Assembly (NCBI GenBank): GCA_044341215.1
Contig: JBIISC010000004.1
Location: 1 to 57,021 of the forward strand
Source: Candidatus Nanopelagicales bacterium
Lineage (GTDB): Bacteria > Actinomycetota > Actinomycetes > S36-B12 > UBA5976
DNA length: 57,021 bases
Direction of reading: 5' to 3'
Each line of letters opens with the position of its first letter. Position 1 is the stretch's first letter. Under the pieces are notes generated by a model. The model made no database searches. It saw only the letters and a list, made by a program, of their open reading frames with translations, and was not told where the DNA came from. Shown here in pieces: positions 32,185 to 42,377 of this stretch. The position numbers were made by a program, and so were the translations under genes.

Positions 32185-33822
32185 CTAGTTTGAGTAAACA
32201 GCCTGTAAATCATTATCGAACTTGACCCACAAACCATCTTCGTATATCCAGACTGATTTGGACTTGGTTACAGCTAAAACTTCGGAATAGTTTGATGCGC
32301 TCACATGTTCAAAAGATCTTGGACTATTTAGATTTCGAAGTGAACCATTTGTCATCGAGATTTCGGCAGTTACTGTTTCGCTTAAACCGATTTTGCCAAT
32401 CACTACCAAGTCCCGAGAATTGATCCAATCAACATCAGATACTTCAGTCAAAGTTTGTTCAATTTTATGTTGGCTAACAACACTCAAAAGACCATTTTCT
32501 GAAACCAGTGAACCTACAAGTAGTTCAGACTTGGATTGCGTTGATACAACCATTGCAATTCGAGCGTTGTCTGGTGACACAGCGAAATCCTGGATTTTGA
32601 ACTTGTTAAGTTGAAGGACTTTTTGAATAACCCCATTTGGGAATAGGCAAAAGAGATTTCCAGTTGTATTGCTGAACCACAGCCGACCACTTGCGTCAAA
32701 TCCGATATTTACAACGTCCACGTACTGTGACTTATAGTCTTTGATTTTGGAAGTTGGGGCAGTTCTAAGTTCTCCATTGACTATGTAGGCAAGCTGTTTT
32801 TGATCTTCTGATATTGCAAACCGAGAGTTCTTTGGTAACTTGCCTAACTTAGCCAAACGACCATTGTTTAAAGATGACAAAGATGTCTTCTTCAACATGT
32901 ATAAACCACTTTTGCGCTTTGCATAGTCTGGATTGAGAGTTGCAAAATCCTCGCGATTTAAGTAGGCCTTACCTTGGGTGCTAAGCACGCGACTATTTGT
33001 TGCCACTTGCACCCGACCCACACCTGGTACTCCTTGTAAGGTCCAGACAATCTGTGCCATCATGAATTTTCTTTGAGTATTGTCTGCGATCAATGCCGCA
33101 GAGTTCAGATTCACTACCGCCGCTCCATTAGAGATAGATACTGAACCAAATCTCAGTTCAGTTCCATTTGGGATAGCCGTCATGAGCGATTCAGATGAAC
33201 CTTCGAGCAGCGAACTTATTAGTTTCGTTCCAACGGATTTTTCATTCTTTGGAAGCCAAATAATCTCTGGAGCTAATTTCGAGAAATTCTCATTTCCGAA
33301 ATAGATGTTAAAGGAGCTAAATCCTCGCACCATATCTGAGCTAGTGAGTATTCCGTTGGTAATCTTGCTTGCAATCCTAAGTCCATCCACTTTTTCTTCA
33401 ATTGTAAGCTGCATCAAAAAGGGTTTCGCCACTGGATAAATCTGAAATCTGTGATTATTTTTGAGTTTGCCAATTTGCAATGCAGATATCTCGACCACGC
33501 CGGTTCCTAGATCGCTATATTGAATAGAAGCCGTATCAATAACATCAAAATCAGTTGGATACCAATCTCGGGAGATGCCAGCAGTTAAATATCTTCGAGC
33601 AACATTGAAGTCACCAAAAGTAGAAATATTTGCAGCCACGAAACCCGAAGCGATTTGTACCGCATTCATTTTTGAAGTTGGTGGTTTGGCAATTACGCGT
33701 ACGTCATTTACTTCAGATTGCGCCTCGTCTTGGTTGATGATCTGAATTGGGCCAGCGGTAGGAATTCCTGCACATCCTGCAAGCAATAAAATCGAGAAAA
33801 CAAGAATGAATATTTTCTTCAT
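32185..33822 (-). CDS. lpqB: Lipoprotein LpqB
   Basis: Signal peptide plus lipobox MKKIFILVFSILLLAGCAG. It is about 545 aa and directly follows mtrB with a 1-nt overlap (TGATG). Confidence 0.9.
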   Translation of the reverse strand: MKKIFILVFSILLLAGCAGIPTAGPIQIINQDEAQSEVNDVRVIAKPPTSKMNAVQIASGFVAANISTFGDFNVARRYLTAGISRDWYPTDFDVIDTASIQYSDLGTGVVEISALQIGKLKNNHRFQIYPVAKPFLMQLTIEEKVDGLRIASKITNGILTSSDMVRGFSSFNIYFGNENFSKLAPEIIWLPKNEKSVGTKLISSLLEGSSESLMTAIPNGTELRFGSVSISNGAAVVNLNSAALIADNTQRKFMMAQIVWTLQGVPGVGRVQVATNSRVLSTQGKAYLNREDFATLNPDYAKRKSGLYMLKKTSLSSLNNGRLAKLGKLPKNSRFAISEDQKQLAYIVNGELRTAPTSKIKDYKSQYVDVVNIGFDASGRLWFSNTTGNLFCLFPNGVIQKVLQLNKFKIQDFAVSPDNARIAMVVSTQSKSELLVGSLVSENGLLSVVSQHKIEQTLTEVSDVDWINSRDLVVIGKIGLSETVTAEISMTNGSLRNLNSPRSFEHVSASNYSEVLAVTKSKSVWIYEDGLWVKFDNDLQAVYSN

Positions 33823-35405
33823 CACACACCGTGCCAAGAATCAATTTCTTCAAGTTCCAGCGGAAGGGCCGGGGTCTTAAAATCTGTATGCACCACACGT
33901 GGCAATGTCAGCCGGAAATTAGCTCCAAGTCCTGGTGCACCAGTTGCTTCTAGCCAGCCACCATGAATTCGCGCATCCTCGAGAGAAATCGCTAAGCCAA
34001 GACCAGTTCCACCCAATGTGCGTTGCCGAGAAGGGTCAGCGCGCCAAAAACGATTGAATACCAATGATGATTCACCTGGTTGCAGGCCAATTCCTTTGTC
34101 ACGCACTGCAATCGAGACGCTATCGCTATTGCCAGCCACACATACCCGGACGACTGAATTTCCGGCATGTTCAATTGCATTTGAAATCAAATTTCTAACA
34201 ATGCGGTCGACCCGTTTTTCATCGCAGTAAGCCGTGCCAGTTGATTGGTCAACTTCGAGTTGCACCTTAACTCCCAGGTCGCGAGCAACTTCTTCAAGTC
34301 CTTCAATCACTCGGGCAGCTACGGCACCGACATCAACTGCAAAGGTGTCGAGCCTTGCAACACCGGCGTCTAGTCTTGATATTTCCAAAAGGTCGTTCAA
34401 TAAGTTTTCAAACCTATTTGTTTGATGCATCAAAAGTGATGCCGCTTTAGCTGATGCTGGATCAAATTCATCTTTTGAAGCATGTAGAAGCTCCGCTGCC
34501 ATAGAAATGGTAGTTAATGGTGTTCTAAGTTCATGTGAGACGTCAGATACGAATTGCTGTTGAACTTTAGACAAAGCTTCAAGCCGCTGGATCTGAGATT
34601 GCATTGACTCAGCCATCGAATTGAACGATTCGGCAAGTTTTCCAAGGTCATCTCGAGTGCGGACTGCTATTCGTTCAGTTAAGCGTCCCGCTTTTAATCT
34701 TTCAGCACTTGCTGCCACTTGACGAATTGGTTTTACAACTTGACGGGTCAAAATGACCGACATAAAAATGAAAGCTAGCGCCATCAAGCCAGCGGCTAAA
34801 GTAATTGCAGATTGCATTAGTGACAGGTTTTCAATTTCACTTTGCAAAGGGAAAAGTTGATACAACTCATATTTACCCATCACCGGGATTTCTATTGGTG
34901 CACCAATGATGATGCCGGATTTGCGGGCACCATCGAGAAACACTAAATCTGCAATCTGAAGGACTTCAGCTGATTGCTTTCGAATTGCTTTTCGCATCTC
35001 ACTTGAGACGCTGTCGTAGGCAATCTCATTTGTTCCACGTTCTGGCGCATAGTGCGTAAAGGAACTTGGGTCAGCGATCAAGAGCACTTCAAAATCACCA
35101 TTGGATGCAGAAACTTGGCTTACGGCTCCAACAATTGCATCGACAACCGCATCTTCTTGGCCACTTATCTGTGAATCTGGGAAAGATGCCACCACGCGGT
35201 TTGCTGCTTGAATTCCAGTTTGAGCCTGGGTCAAGCTGCTTTGTTTGCGATCGTTTAACAAACTATCTCGAACCGAAGATATAGAGACCAGCGATATGAA
35301 TGTGGCAATTACTACTGACATAGAAATAGAGGTCAGCAAAATTCGCAAGGTAAGGGAACCTCGCCAGGCTTTAAGTAACTGGCGGACAAATTCCCGTATT
35401 TTCAT
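33822..35405 (-). CDS. mtrB: Sensor histidine kinase MtrB
   Basis: Two TM segments, a HAMP domain, H-box FVSDVSHELRTPLT, and N/G boxes LISNAIEH and GGTGLGLAI. Confidence 0.93.
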   Translation of the reverse strand: MKIREFVRQLLKAWRGSLTLRILLTSISMSVVIATFISLVSISSVRDSLLNDRKQSSLTQAQTGIQAANRVVASFPDSQISGQEDAVVDAIVGAVSQVSASNGDFEVLLIADPSSFTHYAPERGTNEIAYDSVSSEMRKAIRKQSAEVLQIADLVFLDGARKSGIIIGAPIEIPVMGKYELYQLFPLQSEIENLSLMQSAITLAAGLMALAFIFMSVILTRQVVKPIRQVAASAERLKAGRLTERIAVRTRDDLGKLAESFNSMAESMQSQIQRLEALSKVQQQFVSDVSHELRTPLTTISMAAELLHASKDEFDPASAKAASLLMHQTNRFENLLNDLLEISRLDAGVARLDTFAVDVGAVAARVIEGLEEVARDLGVKVQLEVDQSTGTAYCDEKRVDRIVRNLISNAIEHAGNSVVRVCVAGNSDSVSIAVRDKGIGLQPGESSLVFNRFWRADPSRQRTLGGTGLGLAISLEDARIHGGWLEATGAPGLGANFRLTLPRVVHTDFKTPALPLELEEIDSWHGV

Positions 35406-36085
35406 TAGCTAGGAGTACCGGATTTGTAGCCGATACCGCGAACAGACAAAACGTATCTTGGATTTTCTGGATCTTCTTCGATTTTCGAACGCAATCGTTG
35501 AACATGCACATTAACCAAACGCGTATCAGAGCCGTCCACTCCACGATAGTTCCAGACATCTTTCAACAAGACTTCGCGAGTAAATGCGGTGTCTGGATTC
35601 ATTGCAAAATGCTTTAACAAATCAAACTCGGTTTTAGTGAGCGAAATTTCAACACCACTGCGAAAAGCCGTGCGACTTTCTGGATGCATTGTGATGTCTC
35701 CTAGTGTCACTACATGTTTGTCATGGACGCGCAATCTGGCTTTGATGCGTGCGACTAGAACTTGGGACTCACACGGCTTGATGATGTAGTCATCTGCGCC
35801 ACTTTCTTCAAGTCCTCGAATAATGTCTTCACTATCTGTTCTAGCTGTCAGCATCACAATTGGAATTTTAGATTCTGAGCGAATCTCTTTCGCGATGTCA
35901 AAACCATTGCGGCCTGGCAGCATCAAATCCAAAAGAACTAAATCTGGATTGGAGTCCTTAAAGGTCTGAAAGGCCGTATCTCCCCGCGCGCACAAAATTG
36001 TCTGATACCCCGCTCTACGCAGAACTAGGTCGATCATGGTGGCCAGGTCGGAGTCGTCTTCGACAATCAAGATTCTAAATCCCAT
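35405..36085 (-). CDS. mtrA: OmpR-family response regulator MtrA
   Basis: Receiver ILIVEDDSDL...LVLLDLMLPG plus a winged-helix C-terminus. Its stop overlaps the mtrB ATG. Confidence 0.95.
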   Translation of the reverse strand: MGFRILIVEDDSDLATMIDLVLRRAGYQTILCARGDTAFQTFKDSNPDLVLLDLMLPGRNGFDIAKEIRSESKIPIVMLTARTDSEDIIRGLEESGADDYIIKPCESQVLVARIKARLRVHDKHVVTLGDITMHPESRTAFRSGVEISLTKTEFDLLKHFAMNPDTAFTREVLLKDVWNYRGVDGSDTRLVNVHVQRLRSKIEEDPENPRYVLSVRGIGYKSGTPS

Positions 36086-36132
36086 GAGGTAATACTCCCA
36101 TGCGTTCTTGTGCGTTTGCCACCTGGTAAAAG

Positions 36133-36138
36133 TAGACT
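36133..36138 (+). promoter_or_regulatory. -10-like TAGACT, 6 nt upstream of ATG 36145 (leaderless geometry)
   Basis: The sequence reads TAGACT TTTCAC ATG with no SD. Confidence 0.35.
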
Positions 36139-36144
36139 TTTCAC

Positions 36145-37080
36145 ATGTCTAACTCACAATGGTCAAACGAACAGCCTCCCGCCTGGCAAGGCCCAAACGC
36201 CCCTGCCGACAACACTGAACCTCCTGCGCCATCTTCAGGCTGGAAAGAGCAGCGCTTAAGTGTCCTGCTCGGCCTCACCTGGGGATTGTTTAGCAAGAAC
36301 GCAAAGACTTTCTTAGCCACCAACATTCTTGTGGTGGGCTTAGGTGCGATTGCCACTTTGGCACTTCTACGTATCTACCCGATCGAACTCTCGGCTATGT
36401 CTCAAGCCCTTCTGAACGGTGATAGCAAACTACTAGATGCCGCATTGCAAGCGAATAAAGATGTGCAAGAACAAACCAAGATTATTGTCGACACCGTTAT
36501 GCCAATAGTGAAACTATATGCAATAACAATTCCACTCATTTTCATAACTTCACTAATTGCTTCAGCCCTAGCAACAAAAGTTGGACTCGACAATTCTGAA
36601 GATGGTGCAAACGTAAAACTAAATTGGCTAAAGTTGCTAACAACATCTCTGGCTTCATTTGTTTACCTAATCGTTGGGCTAGTGCCGGTAGTAATACTCG
36701 CACTGGTCGCACCATCTATTGGAGTTGTCGCATTCTTTATGTTCATCCCTTACATAATTTGGGTTGGTCTAGGTTTCGCTTTGTTGTATCCGGTCGTGAT
36801 GTCTGAAAATTTAGGTGGCTTCAAAGCCGTTAAACGTTCACTACTGCTTTCGCGTAATAACCGAAAGATAATTGTGCTTGTGATTCTGGTGGTCGGCATT
36901 TTGTCATCACTACCAGGAGCGGCGCTAAACCAATTCATGCTGTTAATACCTAGCTCAGTTCTCAATTATGTAGAGACAACAACAATGGCAAGTTTTGCAG
37001 GAATGTTCATTTCAGTTCCGATCACATCCTCTGCACTTGTTATTTTGTACCGCTACCTACACGCAAAATTCCACAACTAG
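36145..37080 (+). CDS. Polytopic membrane protein of unknown function (Pro-rich cytoplasmic N-terminus, about 6 TM segments)
   Basis: A 311-aa ORF with several long hydrophobic segments and a strong terminator downstream. I recognised no family motif. Confidence 0.7.
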   Translation: MSNSQWSNEQPPAWQGPNAPADNTEPPAPSSGWKEQRLSVLLGLTWGLFSKNAKTFLATNILVVGLGAIATLALLRIYPIELSAMSQALLNGDSKLLDAALQANKDVQEQTKIIVDTVMPIVKLYAITIPLIFITSLIASALATKVGLDNSEDGANVKLNWLKLLTTSLASFVYLIVGLVPVVILALVAPSIGVVAFFMFIPYIIWVGLGFALLYPVVMSENLGGFKAVKRSLLLSRNNRKIIVLVILVVGILSSLPGAALNQFMLLIPSSVLNYVETTTMASFAGMFISVPITSSALVILYRYLHAKFHN

Positions 37081-37124
37081 GTAGTAAAAATTCCACTATT
37101 AGTGATTTCAACCATTAGCCAATA

Positions 37125-37167
37125 AAGAGTGAAACCCCCAACCGATACGGTTGGGGGTTTCACTCTT
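37125..37167. terminator. Bidirectional intrinsic terminator, perfect 20-bp stem
   Basis: AAGAGTGAAACCCCCAACCG-ATA-CGGTTGGGGGTTTCACTCTT lies between the convergent membrane-protein gene and ahcY. T/A-rich flanks are present on both sides. Confidence 0.85.
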
Positions 37168-37172
37168 ATGTT

Positions 37173-38654
37173 TTAGTAGCGGTAAAGCTCCGGCTTGAAT
37201 GGACCTTGGGGGTCGAGACCCATGTATGAAGACTGGTCTTTGGTTAGTTCGGTTAACCGAACACCAAGTGCATCAAGATGCAATCGAGCAACTTTTTCAT
37301 CCAAGATCTTTGGCAATGTGTAGACGCCAATTGGGTATTCCTCAAGCTTGGTAAACAATTCAATTTGTGCCAAGACCTGATTGGTGAATGAGTTAGACAT
37401 CACGAATGAAGGGTGACCGGTTGCGTTACCAAGGTTCAGCAAACGACCTTCTGAAAGCACAATGATTGAGCGGCCACTTGAGAAGCGCCATTCATCAACC
37501 TGTGGCTTGATATTCAAGCAAATAACACCTGGAGTCTGAGCCAATCCAGCCATGTCGATTTCATTGTCGAAGTGACCAATGTTTCCGACAATCGCTTGGT
37601 GCTTCATCTTTTGCATATGTGCTGCGGTGATTACATCTTTGCAACCTGATGCAGTGATGAATATATCTGCAGTTTCAACAACATCTTCTAGCAATGCAAC
37701 TTGGTAACCATCCATTGCAGCTTGCAAAGCACAAATCGGATCGATTTCAGTAACGATTACCCGTGCACCTTGGCCGCGCAATGAATCAGCTGAACCTTTT
37801 CCAACGTCGCCGTAACCACAAACGACTGCGACTTTGCCACCTATCAGGGTGTCAGTTGCACGGTTGATGCCATCGATCAATGAGTGACGGCAGCCGTATT
37901 TATTGTCAAACTTGCTCTTTGTTACTGAGTCGTTGACGTTAATCGCTGGGAAAAGCAATTTGTTTTCGCGAGCCATTTCATACAAGCGGTGAACACCAGT
38001 TGTGGTTTCTTCGGTGACGCCCTTGATTCCTTCAGCAATCTTGGTCCAGCGGTCGCTAGATTCAGTCAAACTGCGTTGGAGAAATTTCAAGATAACTGCG
38101 TACTCTTCTGAATCATCAGCTGTAGCAGATGGAACGCTGCCTGCTAATTCAAATTCACGGCCTTTGTGGACTAGCAATGTTGCATCGCCGCCATCGTCCA
38201 AAATCATGTTCGGACCTTCACCATTTGGCCAACGCAAAATCTGTTCGGTGCACCACCAGTATTCATCCAAGGATTCGCCTTTCCAGGCGAACACTGGAAT
38301 ACCTTTTGGATTCTCTGGAGTTCCAGCGCCAACAACAACAGCTGCTGCTGCGTGGTCTTGGGTAGAGAAGATATTGCAAGATGCCCAACGAACTTCGGCA
38401 CCGAGTTCTGCCAAAGTTTCAATCAGCACTGCAGTTTGAATGGTCATATGCAGTGAACCAGTAATTCGCGCACCTTTAAGCGGTTTACTAGCACCGAATT
38501 CTTTACGCATTGCCATTAATCCTGGCATTTCGTGTTCGGCTAAACGAATTTCGTGTCGACCAAAGTCGGCAAGTTTGAGATCTGCAACTGCATAATCCAA
38601 ACCAAGATTTAGTGAAAAGTTGACGCCAGCCGCATTGACTACATCAAGAGACAT
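37173..38654 (-). CDS. ahcY: Adenosylhomocysteinase
   Basis: 493 aa with motifs [27 protein letters not shown] and [18 protein letters not shown] lies 7 nt upstream. Confidence 0.97.
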   Translation of the reverse strand: MSLDVVNAAGVNFSLNLGLDYAVADLKLADFGRHEIRLAEHEMPGLMAMRKEFGASKPLKGARITGSLHMTIQTAVLIETLAELGAEVRWASCNIFSTQDHAAAAVVVGAGTPENPKGIPVFAWKGESLDEYWWCTEQILRWPNGEGPNMILDDGGDATLLVHKGREFELAGSVPSATADDSEEYAVILKFLQRSLTESSDRWTKIAEGIKGVTEETTTGVHRLYEMARENKLLFPAINVNDSVTKSKFDNKYGCRHSLIDGINRATDTLIGGKVAVVCGYGDVGKGSADSLRGQGARVIVTEIDPICALQAAMDGYQVALLEDVVETADIFITASGCKDVITAAHMQKMKHQAIVGNIGHFDNEIDMAGLAQTPGVICLNIKPQVDEWRFSSGRSIIVLSEGRLLNLGNATGHPSFVMSNSFTNQVLAQIELFTKLEEYPIGVYTLPKILDEKVARLHLDALGVRLTELTKDQSSYMGLDPQGPFKPELYRY

Positions 38655-38783
38655 TAATTACTCCTTGAAAAGTGGACTTGCGACAAACGGCTCGAGACTT
38701 CGATGGTTTGCCAATGTAGGGTCGGGATAACGACTCGCAGGACGTAGCCTAAACCAAGAGCCAGCACAGTGCCCGTAATGTCA

Positions 38784-39698
38784 CTACGAAGGCTTGTAAA
38801 TATCTGGTTCAATAAAGATATAACGTGCGTGTGGAACGCTTGCACGTATGAATTTCTCTGCCTCGTCGATGCCGGAACTCAAAATTGCCCCGCTTTGCTC
38901 AGAAGAAACCGCAATTTTGCAGGCCACTAAGAGTTCGTCTGGACCAACATAAAGTGTGCGCAGATGGATCACTTTCTGCACGACAGAGGCAGATAGCAAA
39001 GCTTTTTCTATTGCGGCAATGTCTTCGGAGAGTGCTGATTCACCCACCAACATGCTTGTCATCTCAATAGCCAAAATCACAGCTATGACAACTAGCAGCA
39101 AACCAACTGCGATAGCGCCCATCCCATCCCATTGTGAATTCTTTGTTATCGCTGAAATTCCAACACCAACGAAAGCGAAAATCAGGCCAAGGAGTGCGCC
39201 AATGTCTTCAAGCACAATTACTGGTAGTTCAGGTTGGCGGGCAGCGCGAACAAATTGCCAGAGGGTGCGCTTGCCACGAATTGCATTCACTTCTCTAAGT
39301 GCGGTGCGCAAAGAAAAACTTTCCAAGACCACTGCAACAGTTAGCACCGCAAGAGCAATAGTGGTATTTGAAACTTCTTCTGGGTTTTGGATTTTATGAA
39401 TTCCCTCATAAAGCGAAAAGATTCCACCAATTACAAATAAAACAATTGCGACAATAAAGCCGTAGATATAACGAACCCGACCATAGCCAAATTGGTGCTT
39501 ATCGGTTGTGATTCGTTTGGCATGGCGATTGCCAACCAACAAAAGCACTTGATTGCCAGAATCTGCAAGTGAATGAACTGATTCACTTAACATCGATGAT
39601 GATCCGGTTAGCAAAAATGCTACAAACTTTGAAATCGCAATACCCACGTTTGCCAGCAATGCTGCAAAGACGGCCTTTATGCCGCCTTCAGTGCTCAT
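38784..39698 (-). CDS. Cation diffusion facilitator (CDF) family metal efflux transporter
   Basis: 304 aa with six TM segments and SESVHSLADSGNQ in TM2. It has an ATGA overlap with the upstream SIS gene. Confidence 0.92.
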   Translation of the reverse strand: MSTEGGIKAVFAALLANVGIAISKFVAFLLTGSSSMLSESVHSLADSGNQVLLLVGNRHAKRITTDKHQFGYGRVRYIYGFIVAIVLFVIGGIFSLYEGIHKIQNPEEVSNTTIALAVLTVAVVLESFSLRTALREVNAIRGKRTLWQFVRAARQPELPVIVLEDIGALLGLIFAFVGVGISAITKNSQWDGMGAIAVGLLLVVIAVILAIEMTSMLVGESALSEDIAAIEKALLSASVVQKVIHLRTLYVGPDELLVACKIAVSSEQSGAILSSGIDEAEKFIRASVPHARYIFIEPDIYKPS

Positions 39699-40819
39699 TT
39701 TGATTTATCTTTTAATTCAAGAATTGGGATGATAGGAGTTGGATCAATTCCTAACGCAAGCGCTGCATAAACACTCGCCCAGTCAGTTAAAGCAATCAAA
39801 GACGCCATTCGACTAATGGCATCCGATCCCTGAGATTCAATGAAAGTGGCTTTCACCCCGCGTTTAGCTGCGATTTCGTTGACAACATTCGCTCGGCGTT
39901 CCGCGCCAGCATCACTTGCAGTGTCTTTCAAAATGAAAATTCGAAATTGCCCAAGACCAGAGGTGTTTTCATCCTCAAATAAATCTTCAAGTGAGCCAGC
40001 CGCATAAGGTCCATCTAGAACCACAATCTGATTATGTTGGGATTCCGGCATTTCCCCATGAATTGCAGGCAGTTTTGCATTTTCTGCCAATTGTGAAGTT
40101 ACTCGATAAGCAATCACACCACCAAAAGCACCAGTACCCCAAACCATTGGTAGAGATTGCGCAAACTGCAATCCCAAAAGTTTCCCAGGATTTTCATCCA
40201 ACGGAGTCTCAACTGCGCAATCTCTATTTATAGCGTCAATCAAATCTGCAACTGACTCTAACTGTGCCGGTTTGATTGAAAAAATTCCAAGTGCGTCACC
40301 GATTAGCAATAGCGGAGTCAATAGGGTCCACATGGAAGCACGTGGCATCCGGCCCATGGCATCGATGTCGAATGTAATGCTGTCTCGAACCTGGTCTAAG
40401 ACCGAATCGAGTTTTGAACCCGGCGTAGTAATTGCAATTACTTGCGCGCCGCGACGGCCTGCCTCGGTTGCACCAGCAATGGTTTCTTCGGTGCTGCCAC
40501 TACAAGAAAGGGCAATCACCACATCGGTTGGCCCAACCCAAGTTGGCAAACTAAATCCACCGACCGCAACGACCGGAATCGAACTCGCTACATGGGCAAG
40601 AGATTGAGCGATACGTCCAGAAATCCCGGACCCGCCAACACCAGTAATAACTACCGAGCGAGGTTTGCCCCACTCTTTAACTTTGGCTAGCGAATCTTGA
40701 TCAATGGTGGATAGAGCTTTACGAATTTGTGCACCACTAGAAGCAGTTGCTGCCAACATATCGTCAGCATCAATCTTCAACATTTCCGTGATGTCATCCA
40801 AGATATCTTCTTCGTTCAT
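39695..40819 (-). CDS. SIS-domain bifunctional phosphoglucose/phosphomannose isomerase-type protein
   Basis: 374 aa with two SIS-like segments (VVITGVGGSGISG, ALSCSGSTEET). It lies downstream of manB as in other actinobacteria. Substrate specificity is not established here. Confidence 0.82.
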   Translation of the reverse strand: MNEEDILDDITEMLKIDADDMLAATASSGAQIRKALSTIDQDSLAKVKEWGKPRSVVITGVGGSGISGRIAQSLAHVASSIPVVAVGGFSLPTWVGPTDVVIALSCSGSTEETIAGATEAGRRGAQVIAITTPGSKLDSVLDQVRDSITFDIDAMGRMPRASMWTLLTPLLLIGDALGIFSIKPAQLESVADLIDAINRDCAVETPLDENPGKLLGLQFAQSLPMVWGTGAFGGVIAYRVTSQLAENAKLPAIHGEMPESQHNQIVVLDGPYAAGSLEDLFEDENTSGLGQFRIFILKDTASDAGAERRANVVNEIAAKRGVKATFIESQGSDAISRMASLIALTDWASVYAALALGIDPTPIIPILELKDKSK

Positions 40820-40968
40820 GACTCTTTTCCCAACAAAACTGGAATGCCATCTTCAATCCTGAAATCCTGATTACAACAAAGGCTTCGCAAATGATCGTTT
40901 ACTTCAACGATTTGACCATGGATTTCACATGGGCAGGCAAGCAGACTCAGGATAATTGGATCAATCAC
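40816..40968 (-). CDS. Trm112-family small protein (50 aa), absent from the supplied ORF track
   Basis: A GTG-initiated ORF translated by hand gives (M)IDPIILSLLACPCEIHGQIVEVNDHLRSLCCNQDFRIEDGIPVLLGKES. It has the LLxCP...C and RIEDGIPVLL hallmarks. Its stop TGA overlaps the SIS ATG, and it begins 1 nt after the manB stop. Confidence 0.7.
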   Translation of the reverse strand: MIDPIILSLLACPCEIHGQIVEVNDHLRSLCCNQDFRIEDGIPVLLGKES

Positions 40969-40969
40969 A

Positions 40970-42346
40970 TTAAGCCCTTATAACCGCTAAGACTGAATCA
41001 GTAAGTTCTTTAACTTGCTTTGAGGTTTTAGCTTCAGCATTCAAACGCAACAAAGGCTCGGTGTTACTCGCTCGCACATTGAACCACCATGAATCGCCCG
41101 ATACTGTCAATCCATCAAGTTCATCGATTGAGACATTGCTGTCTGCACTGTATTTATCTTTCAAACTTTTAACTATTGCGGGAGCATTTTCAACTGTGGA
41201 GTTGATTTCGCCGCTTTCGACATAGTGCTGATATTTCTTCAGTAGTACTGAAAGTGTCTGTTCTTCAGCAGTTTCACCAAGGGCCGCCAATGCGTGCATT
41301 GCAGCCAACATTCCAGAATCTGCCTTCCAAAAATCTGCAAAGTAGAAGTGGCCTGAATGCTCACCGCCAAAGATTGCGCCAGTTTCTGCCATTTTTGCTT
41401 TGATGAATGAGTGGCCAACGCGGGTGCGCACTGGAGTTCCACCTAGTTCAATCACAAGTTCTGGCACGCTGCGGGAAGTGATTAAGTTGTGAATGATGCT
41501 TGCTTTTGGATGCTTCTTTAGTTCACGCTCTGCAATAAGTGCGGTCAAAGTTGATGGACTCACGATGCCACCATTTTCATCCACAACAAAGCAGCGATCA
41601 GCATCGCCATCAAACGCTAGACCAATGTCAGCGCCAACTTCTTTGACTTTGTTTTGCAGATCAACCAAGTTTGCAGGTTCGATTGGATTTGCTTCATGAT
41701 TTGGGAAAGTTCCATCTAATTCGAAATACATTTCAGTTATTTCAAGTGGTAAATTCTTCAGCACTAACGGCACGGTAAATCCGCCCATGCCGTTACCTGT
41801 GTCAATCACAACTTTCAATGGTCGAATATTTCTAAGGTCAACTAACTTGTTCAGGTAATTCGCATATTCGCTTACTAGGTCTTGTTCAGTTTCGGTGCCA
41901 ACTTCACCCGCGTAGTCAGACTTCCATCCACTTTCAATCATTTCTTTTATTTGTCTTAAACCAGTTTCTTGGCCAACAGGTGCTGCACCTTGCTTGCAAA
42001 GTTTTATGCCGTTGTATTGAGCTGGGTTGTGGCTAGCAGTGAACATTGCACCTGGCAGGTTTAGGTGGCCGGAAGCAAAATAAAGACCATCGGTTGAACA
42101 AAGGCCGATCTGAATTACGTCGCACCCTTGGGATTTCACGCCTTCAGCAAAGGCCGCCACCAATTGTGGGCAACTTGGCCGCATATCGTGACCAATCACG
42201 ACTACGCCGGGGCCGCCATCACTTTTACGAGCGGCAATCACTTCCACAAATGCAGCTCCAACTTCACGGGCAAGGTCAGCGTTGATTTGGTCTGGATAAG
42301 TGCCACGAACGTCGTAAGCCTTAATAATTTGATTTAAATCCCGCAT
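40970..42346 (-). CDS. manB: Phosphomannomutase/phosphoglucomutase
   Basis: 458 aa with active-site loop FTASHNPAQYNG, metal loop FDGDADRC and sugar loop GGEHSGH. Confidence 0.93.
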   Translation of the reverse strand: MRDLNQIIKAYDVRGTYPDQINADLAREVGAAFVEVIAARKSDGGPGVVVIGHDMRPSCPQLVAAFAEGVKSQGCDVIQIGLCSTDGLYFASGHLNLPGAMFTASHNPAQYNGIKLCKQGAAPVGQETGLRQIKEMIESGWKSDYAGEVGTETEQDLVSEYANYLNKLVDLRNIRPLKVVIDTGNGMGGFTVPLVLKNLPLEITEMYFELDGTFPNHEANPIEPANLVDLQNKVKEVGADIGLAFDGDADRCFVVDENGGIVSPSTLTALIAERELKKHPKASIIHNLITSRSVPELVIELGGTPVRTRVGHSFIKAKMAETGAIFGGEHSGHFYFADFWKADSGMLAAMHALAALGETAEEQTLSVLLKKYQHYVESGEINSTVENAPAIVKSLKDKYSADSNVSIDELDGLTVSGDSWWFNVRASNTEPLLRLNAEAKTSKQVKELTDSVLAVIRA

Positions 42347-42377
42347 ACCTCAAGCCTACCTGCGGCTCATAGAGCAA

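Noticed and set aside
38655-38783. The 129-nt leader upstream of ahcY as a possible SAH riboswitch.
   Set aside because: I wrote out the minus-strand sequence and could not find the conserved SAH-riboswitch core as I remember it, nor a convincing pseudoknot-compatible pairing. There is only a plain AAGGAG SD. An Rfam/Infernal scan would settle it.
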